64,000 nt of DNA from Callorhinchus milii (taxonomy: Eukaryota). The notes beneath the pieces were generated by a model. That model was not told the DNA's origin, searched no databases, and saw nothing but the letters and a program-made list of their open reading frames with translations. Shown here one piece after another: positions 10,976 to 21,249 of the stretch; position 1 is the stretch's first letter, and every line of letters begins with the position of its first letter. A program made the translations under genes and the position numbers. The stretch covers positions 620,001 through 684,000 of the forward strand of contig NW_024704781.1 of the NCBI RefSeq assembly GCF_018977255.1, in the 5' to 3' direction.

Positions 10976-11449
10976 TTAGCCTTGTTATCATTGTATAGAG
11001 CTGTACATTTGTAGTCAGCGCTGTCTTCAACTTGCAAATCATTAATTTCCAGAGAAGACGACTTCGATCCCGTGTCTGTCTTTACAACAAACCGTCCTTC
11101 ACGAGGGATGGGCATCCAACGTGTGCCTTTTCCAAACTGCATAAAAAATTCCATGTTCTTGTGGTATTCACGGTTACCTGCTTCAAAGACACAGCTGATG
11201 ATCAAAGACCCGCATTCTTCTTTCGTAACAGCTGATGGTGACTGCTTTAGTGAGGCACTGAAAACATCTGAAAGTTGTTCAAAATTTGACATCAGTTAAA
11301 CATATCGCAGCACCGATGCACTACTTCTGTGAAAATCACATCACATTACATGACAGTCACTGGTGCTGTGTGGTGCTGTGTTATGGAAACAAACACTTAC
11401 ATTGAAAGAAGAGGAAGGAGATGGAGATACAGAAGTGAGAAATTTTCTC
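10976..11449 (-). CDS. IgNAR-like V (NAR-TCR N-terminal V): open V exon 10976-11267; leader exon 11401-~11449 lacks an in-frame ATG
   Basis: VFSASLKQSPSAVTKEECGSLIISCVF...GRFVVKTDTGSKSSSLEINDLQVEDSADYKC resembles IgNAR V (short CDR2, GRY/F...SKSFSL.I.DL.VED). Acceptor tttcag|AT; donor GTAAGT at 11400. Trp41 replaced by Phe; extra FR1 Cys. Confidence 0.88.
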
Positions 11450-12464
11450 ACCGCTGGGAGATACCGTCAGCCCCGGGCAACTCAGAGTGACTGTGAGGAA
11501 CACAGGGCTGTTCTGTAAGAGCGTTGGAGACTTGGTTTATGTGTGTTGAACGACGTCACATCATGGCTGGTGTCAACGGTTTTGAGGGGTGGGCGGGGGA
11601 TGGTTTGGGGGGTGGAGGAGAACCTACCTAAATAACGGCACTGACTAACTGCCGGAGAACAGGGGCAGAAGATGGGGATTTGGGGTTGACGGTTGAAAGC
11701 TCAATTATGATTAAATGGACAATTGACCAGGAGCCAATGAGAGGAAATATAAACTGACTCAGGGAGTGGGAAAACGCTATGTGATGTGGAGAGGGGCTTT
11801 ACTGAGAGATGGGAAGATACATTACGGAGCTGCTAACACCCCTCTAACTTTGCATTTCAATATGTTATTTTTTTAAAATTCTTTTCAATTGTTTTAATTA
11901 TTCTATGATATATTTTAAAACACTTGCCAGCTAATTACGTGCTGCAGTGTCCCACAAACAATCGTGCATTCAAATAACACATTTATTGTTAATAAATTTT
12001 AAAGGCAATATTCATTAGCTTTTGCTTATTTATCATCATGTGAGGACACTGAATCTCAGCGACCTATTTTATTTATTGCATTATATTAATTAATTAATAT
12101 CATTTCTTGTTAATGGTACAAGTTACTTGTAGTTTATCAACTTCTTCTGAGATCACAGACGCACAGAGACACAGTCGATTTATTGTATTATTTTTATTAC
12201 TTGGGTCTTATTAGTTCATTTTAAAATAATTAATTTTAGGGAGTTAGCTTCATGTGGGTGACGGTGAATGAGAGGAGAGTGAAATTGATGTGTAGGAGTG
12301 TAGGATGCAGGCAGTAAGAGGAGCAGTGGGGGGGGGGGGTTATTGGGGGGGGGGTGTATACAGGAATGGGGCAATGTAGGGTCATATAGAGGAGGAAGAG
12401 TGTGACACAATGACGGTGCTTATTTTACAGTATTAATAATAATAATAAATCCATCGACTATCAC

Positions 12465-12570
12465 TTGTCTGTGTCTTGGCCTGTCTCTGTCTCTGCCTGT
12501 GCGTCGGTCAGTTTGTGCACCGTTGTGTCTGTCTGTCCCTCTGTCTGCATGTCTGCCTGCATCTGTATAT
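12465..12570. repeat. Degenerate (CTGT/TGTC)n simple repeat
   Basis: Runs of tgtct/ctgt units. Confidence 0.6.
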
Positions 12571-13559
12571 CTCGCTTTGAAATCCGTGGCACGTTTCCTT
12601 ACTCCAAACACACACACACACCAAGCAGAAAGTATGAACCCATTAGTTTGTCATCTGGCGGATCGCTTTCTAGGGGTTACACATGTCTTCGAAACATCAA
12701 TAATAATATGTTGATCAATAAATCCACGACTGTATGTGGGAAGTCGGTGTGCGAAATTGTCTGGCACCTACCGCCCACAAAACGCACAGTATAGCATAGT
12801 ATAATGCGTGAAGCGCTTTGAGACTTCTCGATGACCTGATTAGACTCTGTAAATAATGTATGTATTATTATTATTATTAAGTTTTCCAGGTTTACAGCAT
12901 AACACGGTCCCTCTCGCTTGCGTCACTTGTGCTATAATGACGAAGGTAAAGAACTCCATACTACCTGCAGTACTAAGATGTGAAGTCCGATGTGAAATCC
13001 GCTATTTAATAGTCACTTTTATTGTACTGCTATATGGCGACATCTAACGGCATTTCAGGAGAATGATAGTGTTCGGGTGAGTTGGTTTATCAAACGTGCA
13101 ATTTGGTTTAGAATTACCCGGGTATTCATTGTGTGCAGGACAAGTCTTATATCGTTTATATTAATATTCCTCTCAGAAAAAAGACCCTCCATCTCAATAC
13201 CTTCATATTCAACTACCATTTGGGATAGCTTTCCTCCACGGAAATCCCCCACTACCCACGCCCTTAGCTCCCAACCCAAGCGGGGATTGAAACAAGCACT
13301 TTCAAGCTTTTGGGCTGCTATCCTAAAATAAAACACTACAAGTCGCCGTCCCATATGAAGGGAGAAACATTAAAGCAATATGTTCCGATTTTGTTTAAAT
13401 GAAATGCGCTTTATCAGTGTATCTTGTTGCTAATGTGAACAATTTTAGACATAGGGAGCTTGATAGCCAAATTAAATGGAACTAGTTTGCCGAAACATTT
13501 ATAAAGAGAACAAATTAAATCTGTATAGAGCCCTTCACGACTGAAATTCGCTCCAGGAC

Positions 13560-13790
13560 CCTGGGCAATCAGGATTTTTTAGACACGAGCTGGGGGTTGG
13601 GGTCAGGTGGGTTGAAGAGCAAGAGGGCTGGTGGTGGGAGTGTGGCTGAAGGATGGTCGAAAAGGCATGTCTTTAGCCGGGACTTGAAGGAGTCAAGAAA
13701 TGGGGTGAGGTGGATAAATTGCTGGATAGAATTGCAGAGGGTGGGCGCAGAGATGCTGAATTGCTGACCACCAATGGTGTATTTCATTTA
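13560..13790 (-). mobile_element. L2 3' fragment
   Basis: TIGGQQFSISAPTLCNSI...FKSRLKTCLF matches the L2 RT C-terminus. Confidence 0.7.
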
Positions 13791-14629
13791 ACCAACCATT
13801 TAATCAAATCTAAGGCTGGCTAGCAATGTACGCCTAGTTAATATGTATGTACATTCATATGGTATTTGTTATTTCCTCTTATTAAATGATGTGACACATT
13901 AATTCTAGTATATTTTCTAAATTATCTCTAAATGACGATATACTTTCATAACACTTTCACAATATGATACGATAAAAAAATTGATGTGAATCTAATCATC
14001 AAGCAGAAATAAGTTGACGAAAGTGAAATATATGGCAAGTTATTTAAATACGTTGACATAACTGCATATGACATAACTTTCAACCAAAGAATGAAATTCC
14101 TTGTTAGTGATAATAGGTGATAAATCCAGTAGGACATTTTCTTAATTTGCGTTTGTGGAGGCATGAATCAAATAGCAATTATATCATTATAATTTTAATA
14201 TTTTATTATTATACCGTTAGAAACACGCTACGGAACTGTATTAGTTCAGAAGAGTTAAATTGTACGGCCCTATAGAAAAAGTTAGCAAGTCATAATTTCG
14301 CAGTAAGAACACCGTCAGTTACCAAAGCTTCAATTAGATTCCAAATCGTAATAAATGGAACTAGCAATTATATTTTTTGATAATTTTCAGGGACTCAGTT
14401 ACCTTTAGTATTTATTTAGTTACGGTTTTTCTCAATCGTTGTTGTTCTAAAAATAATCGTTGCATTTGGTACTGTTATAATAATTTGATTGTTCAATCCA
14501 TGACTCTTTGTGGGAGACTGTTGTGAGCAACCGGCTGCCATGATTCCCCCACAGAATACACAGTCAATACACTTGATACGATATCCGATGAAGCACGTTG
14601 AGCCTTCTCGAACACATGATAAGTTGCTA

Positions 14630-14865
14630 TGTCAAATGTAAGGATTATTACATTATTATTTATTTCGCACATTCCCCAGTAAACCACGATATCACTGTTT
14701 GCTTGTGTTGGCAATCAGTCACTTGTCTCCTCTGAGAGATACAGCAGCAAAGTCAGAATTGTTAAGTAGGTCAACAGTCAGGACTAACATCTGTGCTGAG
14801 ATCAAACCCTCTCTCTCCTCTTTTTTGATTTATTTACGGTGGTGTAGTCTGACAATAACATAGCG
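14630..14865 (-). pseudogene. Orphan 3' flank and decayed RSS (14827-14865) of a GVS-family V whose exon is missing
   Basis: Aligns with 5450-5687 and 20390-20602, including the spacer core ggtgtagtctgacaataa. Homology stops at the heptamer position. Confidence 0.75.
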
Positions 14866-14889
14866 TAATAAGAAAATAAATAGTAATCC

Positions 14890-15250
14890 TTGCATTTGAT
14901 ACAGTGATTTATCATATCATCAAGACATCTCAAAGCGCTTCACATGAGACACTGTGAAGCGTAGTGATTGTATCTTTTGTGGGTGAAACTCGGCAGTCCT
15001 TTGTGCACAGCAATGTCACACAAATAGACGTGGATTGAGTAACCAATTTATTATTATTGTTTATTAAAGGGGTTACTATAACCGGAAAAGCTGGCCGCCA
15101 ATCGACAAATAACCGTGTTGCTACTCACTGCTAAGCAAACAAGTGTGTGGATTAAGGAAACTTTTACAATATTTTAAACTGCTGGGAATCAAACAGAAGT
15201 TTCTCGCTTTCGAAGCGAGTGCTCTAACCGCTGAGCAACAAGGCTCCAGG
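14890..15250 (-). mobile_element. tRNA/Deu-type SINE
   Basis: Tail (tccttgcatttgat...aagcgcttcac), core (gcacagcaatgtcacacaaa), tRNA head near 15180-15245. Confidence 0.7.
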
Positions 15251-15257
15251 TTGGCTG

Positions 15258-15296
15258 GGTTTTTGTACAGGGAAGTCATTGCCTTGTAGCACTGTG
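15258..15296 (-). promoter_or_regulatory. Perfect-consensus 23-RSS
   Basis: CACAGTG, 23 nt, ACAAAAACC. Confidence 0.92.
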
Positions 15297-16013
15297 CTTG
15301 TTGCTAAGCGCAATTAGAGGTGGCAGCGTCAGTGACAATGACAATGTATATATTTAATGTGATTTGTCTCTGATTCTTGTCAAGCTGTGGAGTGAAACGG
15401 CCTTTGGCGAAATCTGCTGTGTTGTCATTTCCATAATTATCCCTGTAGAGAATGTATTTGGGAGCGAGGCCTGAGTGATGCCTGTACCAGTACAGAGCAG
15501 CATAGGACGAGCTGGTGGTATATGAGCAGCTCAGAATCACTCTGTCTCCCACATGTTTGCTCAGTCCGTTATTTGCTGTCTGACTGATTCTCCCAGTACC
15601 ACATCTGCAACGACAGGAATAAGATGAACATCAAGCAATGCGCTATTGTCGTCCTGCAGCTCAGTGGTCAGTGAAGTCGCCTCGCAAGCGAGAGGATTTG
15701 GTTTATTTTCCTTGCAGGACAGGGGGAAACATTACGCAAGTTTCCTTGTGCAAATACCAAACGCGTTTCGCTCGACAGACATCTCGTTTAGGTTAAGGCG
15801 TTTTATCAAATACAAGATTTACTGTCACTAACTTTTCAATCCAGCATCTCAAGTCCCAATCCAAGGTCGAGTGGCTAGCCGGGACTGCCAAACAAAATGA
15901 GCCGTGCTACAGATGAATGAAACTTGTATATCAATGTTAGTCTGTATTGCACATTTCACAGCCTCACCTGACATAAAGCTCAATAGGAGAAGGTAGTCGA
16001 TGAACAGCCGCAT
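15297..16013 (-). pseudogene. TCR V pseudogene: V exon 15297-15604, intact leader 15968-16013 (MRLFIDYLLLLSFMS)
   Basis: FR1 frameshift (ACG GAC TGA). Downstream frame VILSC...LYWYRH...DAATSNCA ends in TAG just before the RSS. Confidence 0.88.
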
Positions 16014-17162
16014 TGTCGCTCTTCAGCAAAAAGCCTTTGCCATCAGAGTTTGTTGATGGAAAGTGTTTGTTGAGGATTACGGGTTTCAACATCACATCCG
16101 TGACCCCACAGCAGCGTCTCCGTGACACACCTACCCCGTGACCTCGTCAGGCTGCTAAATATGAGCATTGGGCTACACACATTTACATGCTCAACGATTT
16201 CAGAGCCACCGCAAGTTGATGACAAAGTTGCTGTGGATAAAACTTTGGTGAGAAAGAATCATAATAAATCCTTGCATTTGATAAACCGTCTTTGGATATC
16301 AATTACATCAATAAACAGCTATAAGTAGCGTCTTTGACGTCGTTCTGACGCCCCTAATCGCTGGACAGTGAAGGGGTTTGTACTCGGGATTACAGAAGGG
16401 AGAAAGCATGGTGGGTAGAGGAGGGATGATCACTGAAGAACCGGTTGAGAAGAATGGTCTTCAGACGGGCATTGAATGACGCAAGGGGACACAAACTTTT
16501 ATTAGATGTTATAGATCCTACTCCACCTTTAAATGTTACCATAGTTCCGCCACCCAACCACAGCGAACCCCACAAACACTACCAACCCGGACACGCACTT
16601 CCATCTGCAATGATATCGCTAATTGTTTCGAGTGGTCCGTGGGATATTTAACATCCACCTGAACAGGCACGGATTGAGTAACCAACATTATTTTTTGAAG
16701 GGAATATTACAAACCGGGAGAAGCGATCCAGCGATCGATTTACAATCGGGTTACTAGTCCCTGCAAGGTAAATAGAGAAATGTGTATAGATTGAGGAAAA
16801 TTGTCTAAGCTATCATTCGGCCCGGGATGGAACACGGGACCTCTCGTTTGTGAGGGGAATGCTGTTCCCACTCTGCCATAACGTTCCGTTTAATAAAGCA
16901 CAGAATCATGATCCGTATTTATTTTATCGGCAAACCGAAGTGAATCAATAGCAGCTACAACTGTAACTGTTCATTAATTGCTGTCTGCGTTATTTGTGAC
17001 AATTAATGATGTGAACGTTTAGCTGACAAGTTGATGAGAGCTGAATGTGGTTTCCTCTGAGTCTGGCTACAGACATGTCTGCTCGCTGCAGGGCCTCGAG
17101 GCCTGACCAAGGTTCCGCACACACTTCAACAGAGAGATCATCCCCATGCAGGAAGTGAAGGC

Positions 17163-17201
17163 AGTTTTTGTACGAGACTTGCAGTGCAGTCTATCACTGT
17201 G
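17163..17201 (-). promoter_or_regulatory. 23-RSS of the intact V
   Basis: CACAGTG, 23 nt, ACAAAAACT. Confidence 0.92.
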
Positions 17202-17909
17202 GTGAGACTAAAGGCACAGTAATACATAGCACTGTCAGACACCACCAGCTCAGAGATGGATAAACTAGTGGATGAATTGGATTTGTGTAGCTGAGCAGAG
17301 AAACGATTTCCGAATCCTGTTCCTTTGAATGGATTGTGATCCCAAGAATATTTCCTAATTATAAACTCCAGCTCTTTGCCTGGGTAATGTCGGTACCAGG
17401 AGAGAATGAAATCGCTTTCAGTCTTGGAATAGGTACATTGTAGAATCACAGTTTCTCCTGCTTTCTTAACCATCGTGACAGCTTTCTGACTGACAGAGTC
17501 ACCATCACAAAGTTCTGCAATAAACATGGAAGAGCATGACAGTATATAATTTTTTCCTTGGCTGAGTCATTTTTGAACGCCTTGTGATGTTCTTCCGACG
17601 GAAAAGGCGCTGTACACGTTGCAGAGTCAATACATTATGATGTAATTTTTTTAATGTATTATTGCCACTGGAACACAGTTTCCTCAATCAACTAAAACCG
17701 CTTGAATAGGGAAATTATTATGATTTGGACGGGTGTTTAGCCCCGGGTTGTAAAGCAATATCGAGGCGAGTGCTCTATCAACCAAGATACAGGATTCCAC
17801 CAATTGTTGCTGAAATGGAGCTGACATCAGCAGCGACACTGAATAAGCTCAACACGGCCTCACCTGACATAAAGGTTCCCAGCACAAGACATAGAGCAAA
17901 CATCCTCAT
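17202..17909 (-). CDS. Intact TCR alpha/delta V gene: leader 17864-17909 plus V exon 17202-17514
   Basis: Spliced product MRMFALCLVLGTFMSELCDGDSVSQKAVTMVKKAGETVILQC...SWYRH...SDSAMYYCAFSL. Canonical GT/AG, Cys23/Trp41/Cys104, good RSS. Confidence 0.92.
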
Positions 17910-18110
17910 TGCTGCTCTTCAGTCTGTGTGGCTGTGTCTGTGAAATCAGTTTGCTGATAACCCGCAGGTGTTGTCGGCATTGGCGGAGCCACAGTCTCAC
18001 GTCACCTCATTGACGTCTCAGGGATGTTTCATAAACAACAATCAATTGCTTTTATACAGAGGCTATCACTAGTCACTGTGGGCTGGGAATTCTCTCACTC
18101 AGATCCTGGT
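17910..18110 (-). promoter_or_regulatory. Putative promoter of the intact V, with CRE-like TGACGTC (18011-18017) and cacgtcac (17998-18005)
   Basis: Conserved with 510-720. CRE-like motifs are typical of TCR V promoters. Confidence 0.5.
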
Positions 18111-18741
18111 AACTATTCAAGCCAAAGCTCTAACGGGACGGAAGCTCTTAACAGTAATACAATAATATGTTTTGCATTCGGCAAGACGTTTTAGCGGGCG
18201 TTCAATTCGTCTGAAAACGCTTCACAGAATATTATGTCAAGCGAATACATTGCATATTTTGTGGGTGAACCGCGGTAGCCAAATACGCACAGCAATGTCC
18301 CATGAATATTTGTGGATTGAGTGACCAATTTATCACCACTTTTTTTTTGAAGAAATTATTACCGGCGGAAAAGCGAGCAACCCATCAGGTTCCTGCCTCC
18401 TGCTGGGTAAACAGAGCTTTGTGCCTTAAAGAAACTTGACCAACATTCCACGCTGCCGGAAATCGAACCCAAGTATCTCGCTAGCGAGACATGTGCTCTA
18501 ATCACGGTTATTACAAGAAAAGTTGACCATGGGATCATTGATTTGATCTACGCTTCCATCTTGGCATCATTGAGTTTTTTGTGTGACAGTCATTTGTACT
18601 GTCAATGTGATGTTCTCTTTGTGTCTTTGTCTCGTCTCCCTTCCCACAGGAAATCGCTTCTGCGGCCTACAGAGAAAAAGTACAAACCCACTAAACGGTG
18701 ATAGTTTTTGTACGAGTCTCTGACTGGTTCCCATCACTGTG

Positions 18742-19548
18742 TGGTTGGAGAGCACAGTAACACACAGCGCTGTCAGACAGCTCCAAGAGGGAGCTGGTTA
18801 AACTGGTGAATTTTGTCGATGTTTGGAGCTCAATAGAGAACCGCTTTTCAGCAAAGTCTACTTTATGTGTATCACCACCGGAACCCTTTTGAAGCACATA
18901 CTGTGGTTGTGTTTCTTGTTGTTCTCGATACCAGTGTAAATAGTAGCTGCTCAGAAACGTATCATAATGACATTCCATAGTCACACTTCCTCCTTCGTTC
19001 CTTCTGAAGTCACCTTCTGTGTCACAGAATCCTGGGTCCGGCCTGAAGTCAAGAATCGTGGAGACTTGTCGCTCAGTGGTTAGAACGCTAACCTCTTGAG
19101 AGTGAGAACATGAGTTCGATTCCTGGGCAGGTAATGGTGAAATCGTAGGCAGGTTTCCTTACTCCACACACACACTCTGTTTCATTAACAGTAAGTAGGA
19201 ACCCGGTTATTAGTCGATTCGAATATCACTTTTCCGTGGATAATAAACCCTTTAAAAATAATAACAATAATTAATTTGTTCACACAATCTATGACTCTTT
19301 ATGGGACCACCTGCAAAATGCATCGTCATAGCACTTTACAGTGTACTCTGCGAAACGCTAAGAGACGACTCCAAGTCATGTTAAATCATTATATCATTAA
19401 CACATCATTATCACAAGGAAGGCCAAAGAGAAAACTATTCAAAAAAACTGATTTTGAAAATTAATTGAAACGCTAACTATTGTTACAAGAGCTTACCTAT
19501 CAAATTGGCAGCCAGAGCCAGACACGCACTGGCTCCCCACATCCCCAT
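18742..19548 (-). pseudogene. TCR V pseudogene (MWG family): V exon 18742-19042, leader 19497-19542/19548
   Basis: Leader (MG)MWGASACLALAANLI with GTAAG donor. 1-nt deletion in FR1 gives TGA in the leader frame; remainder MECHY...LHWYRE...SDSAVCYCALQP. RSS CACAGTG-23-ACAAAAACT at 18703-18741. Confidence 0.85.
19062..19375 (+). mobile_element. tRNA/Deu-type SINE in the V intron
   Basis: Head gctcagtggttagaacg...gagttcgattcctgg, followed by core and tail remnants. Confidence 0.65.
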
Positions 19549-20602
19549 CACTCACTGCAAGCTTCGCCCTTTTGATTGATAAGATATTGGTGTTCATCTG
19601 AAACGTAAAACTCTGAGACAGTTGACGCTTGATCGGTATGACCTCATTTTCAAATCAAGTGAGGTGGATATCACCTGCTCAAGGTGGGAGCGAAGCTAAT
19701 GTGTCACTTTTCATACTCTCGGGGAGGGCGTGGGAAGAATGAGTCTCCTTCGAACCAATTCAGTTTTTTGACCGGGTTGGCAGGGAAATGTGGAGCAGAT
19801 TTGCATGTTTTCAGGATATCAAAGAGTTACAATGGACAATACCATAGCGAGATTGAAATGTTTGCGTCAGCATCTTGAACTACCACTATCTCCCCACCCT
19901 CTGAAACTGCATCCCACTGTTCCTCCACCTCGACCCCTCTTTTGTTTCCTTCAAGACAAATATCAGGAGCATCCTCTTCGACGTTGCTTTCCATCACTCT
20001 GCTTCCTCATCGGCTCTTCACCCTCACGAACCCGACCACCTGAGGTTCAAAACATTGATTATACAGGAACTTGGGACGTGCTCCCGAAGTGAAAAGCTCA
20101 TACGCATGCAATTTTATTTGTGTTCTTGTTGAAACATCTCAAAGAGCTTCACAGGTTATACTTTAAAGTGTAGTGACTGTAGAACAGATTTGCAGGTTTT
20201 CAGTATATCACAGAGGCACGATGAAAGAATAACATGGAGGGATTTAAAAGCTACAGTTGAGGTTCTTGAGCTCGATCTGCTGGGAATTGGGATCCAGCAT
20301 CTTTCAGTTAATTCACATTCCATTCACTTTACAGTATATATTGCGAAGAGCTTTGAGATGTCTCGAACTCGCGATGAGGCGCTGTATTCAATGTAAAGAT
20401 TAATATGGTTTATTTCACTATTTCACAACATGAATTACTCTATCACTTTTTGTTTGTAGTTTGGAAATCAGTCACTTGTTTCCTCAAAGTCAGAACTTGT
20501 CAAAGAAGTCAACTGTCAGGAATAAGATCTGTGCTGGGATGAAAACCTACTCTCCTCTTGGGAGATTAATGAACAACAGTGTAGTTCGACAGTAACACGA
20601 TG

Positions 20603-20900
20603 TGTGTGATGGCACAGTAATGTGCGTACGTGACAGATAGAGCCACGGGGATCACAGTTACAGTGGATTACAATTTATACTCTATTTACATTCAAACATT
20701 GGTGAAATCAGCAGAGAAGTTCCTGCTCAGGGTTACAGTCTGGCCTTCTGGAACAGACGCTTTCATTTGTGACAGTTCAAGGCTAACTCCATTCGCTGTA
20801 GCTACAGCCAGAGAGAACATATTATTAACTGCCATACAAACGCCACAGCTAAATCCCAAAATTGATTTGAAGGTGAGAGGCAATGACTTACAAATAGGCC
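20603..20900 (-). pseudogene. GVS-family V pseudogene with internal deletion and dead RSS
   Basis: Exon 20603-20801 aligns with 5688-5994 at both ends but lacks the Trp41 region. Heptamer CATCGTG, nonamer degenerate (20564-20602). Leader remnant with GTAAGT near 20890. Confidence 0.8.
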
Positions 20901-21137
20901 CAATAACGGTTAATTGAACAGCACAAAATATTTACTCCCCATGTTTCCAAGTAAGCACTTAAATGATTTAATGGAATTTTTTGAATTAAGAGTTTCTGTC
21001 CTAAATCGTACTTCCACAAAGCACCAATGGGAACACCTCTGCGTTAGGAAATCTTGGTTACAGGCCTCATCTCCGGATTTGGGAAATCTACATTTTTAGA
21101 TGCCGCTCCAATGCAATGCTGGGTGGTTACTGCAGTA

Positions 21138-21205
21138 ACCTGTAGCTTAATTGGTAGAGCACGGGGCTTGCAAACAGGAGACCTCGGTTCGAGTCCTGGC
21201 AAGGT
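21138..21205 (+). mobile_element. tRNA-derived SINE head
   Basis: A box tagcttaattggtagagc and B box ggttcgagtcc; acceptor stem does not pair. Confidence 0.65.
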
Positions 21206-21249
21206 AAATTGTTGGGAAAGTATCCAAGATCAAGGGAATCTGCTCTACG

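Noticed and set aside
10968-10995. 12-spacer RSS (TACAATG-12-ACACAATGC) as the working RSS of the NAR V
   Set aside because: Heptamer lacks the essential first C, the nonamer is poor, and a 12-RSS could not pair with the 12-RSS D; the 22-spacer RSS fits better.
13055-13354. Overlapping ~90-100 aa ORFs on both strands
   Set aside because: No V motifs, RSS, splice structure or recognisable domain.
21125-21140. Perfect 16-bp palindrome GGTTACTGCAGTAACC
   Set aside because: Single occurrence at a SINE 5' junction; no supporting context.
21138-21205. tRNA gene (Ala/Cys-like)
   Set aside because: A and B boxes present but the acceptor stem does not pair; similar decayed heads recur at 320, 3060, 4240, 15180, 18450, 19062, 56700 and 59900 as SINE heads.
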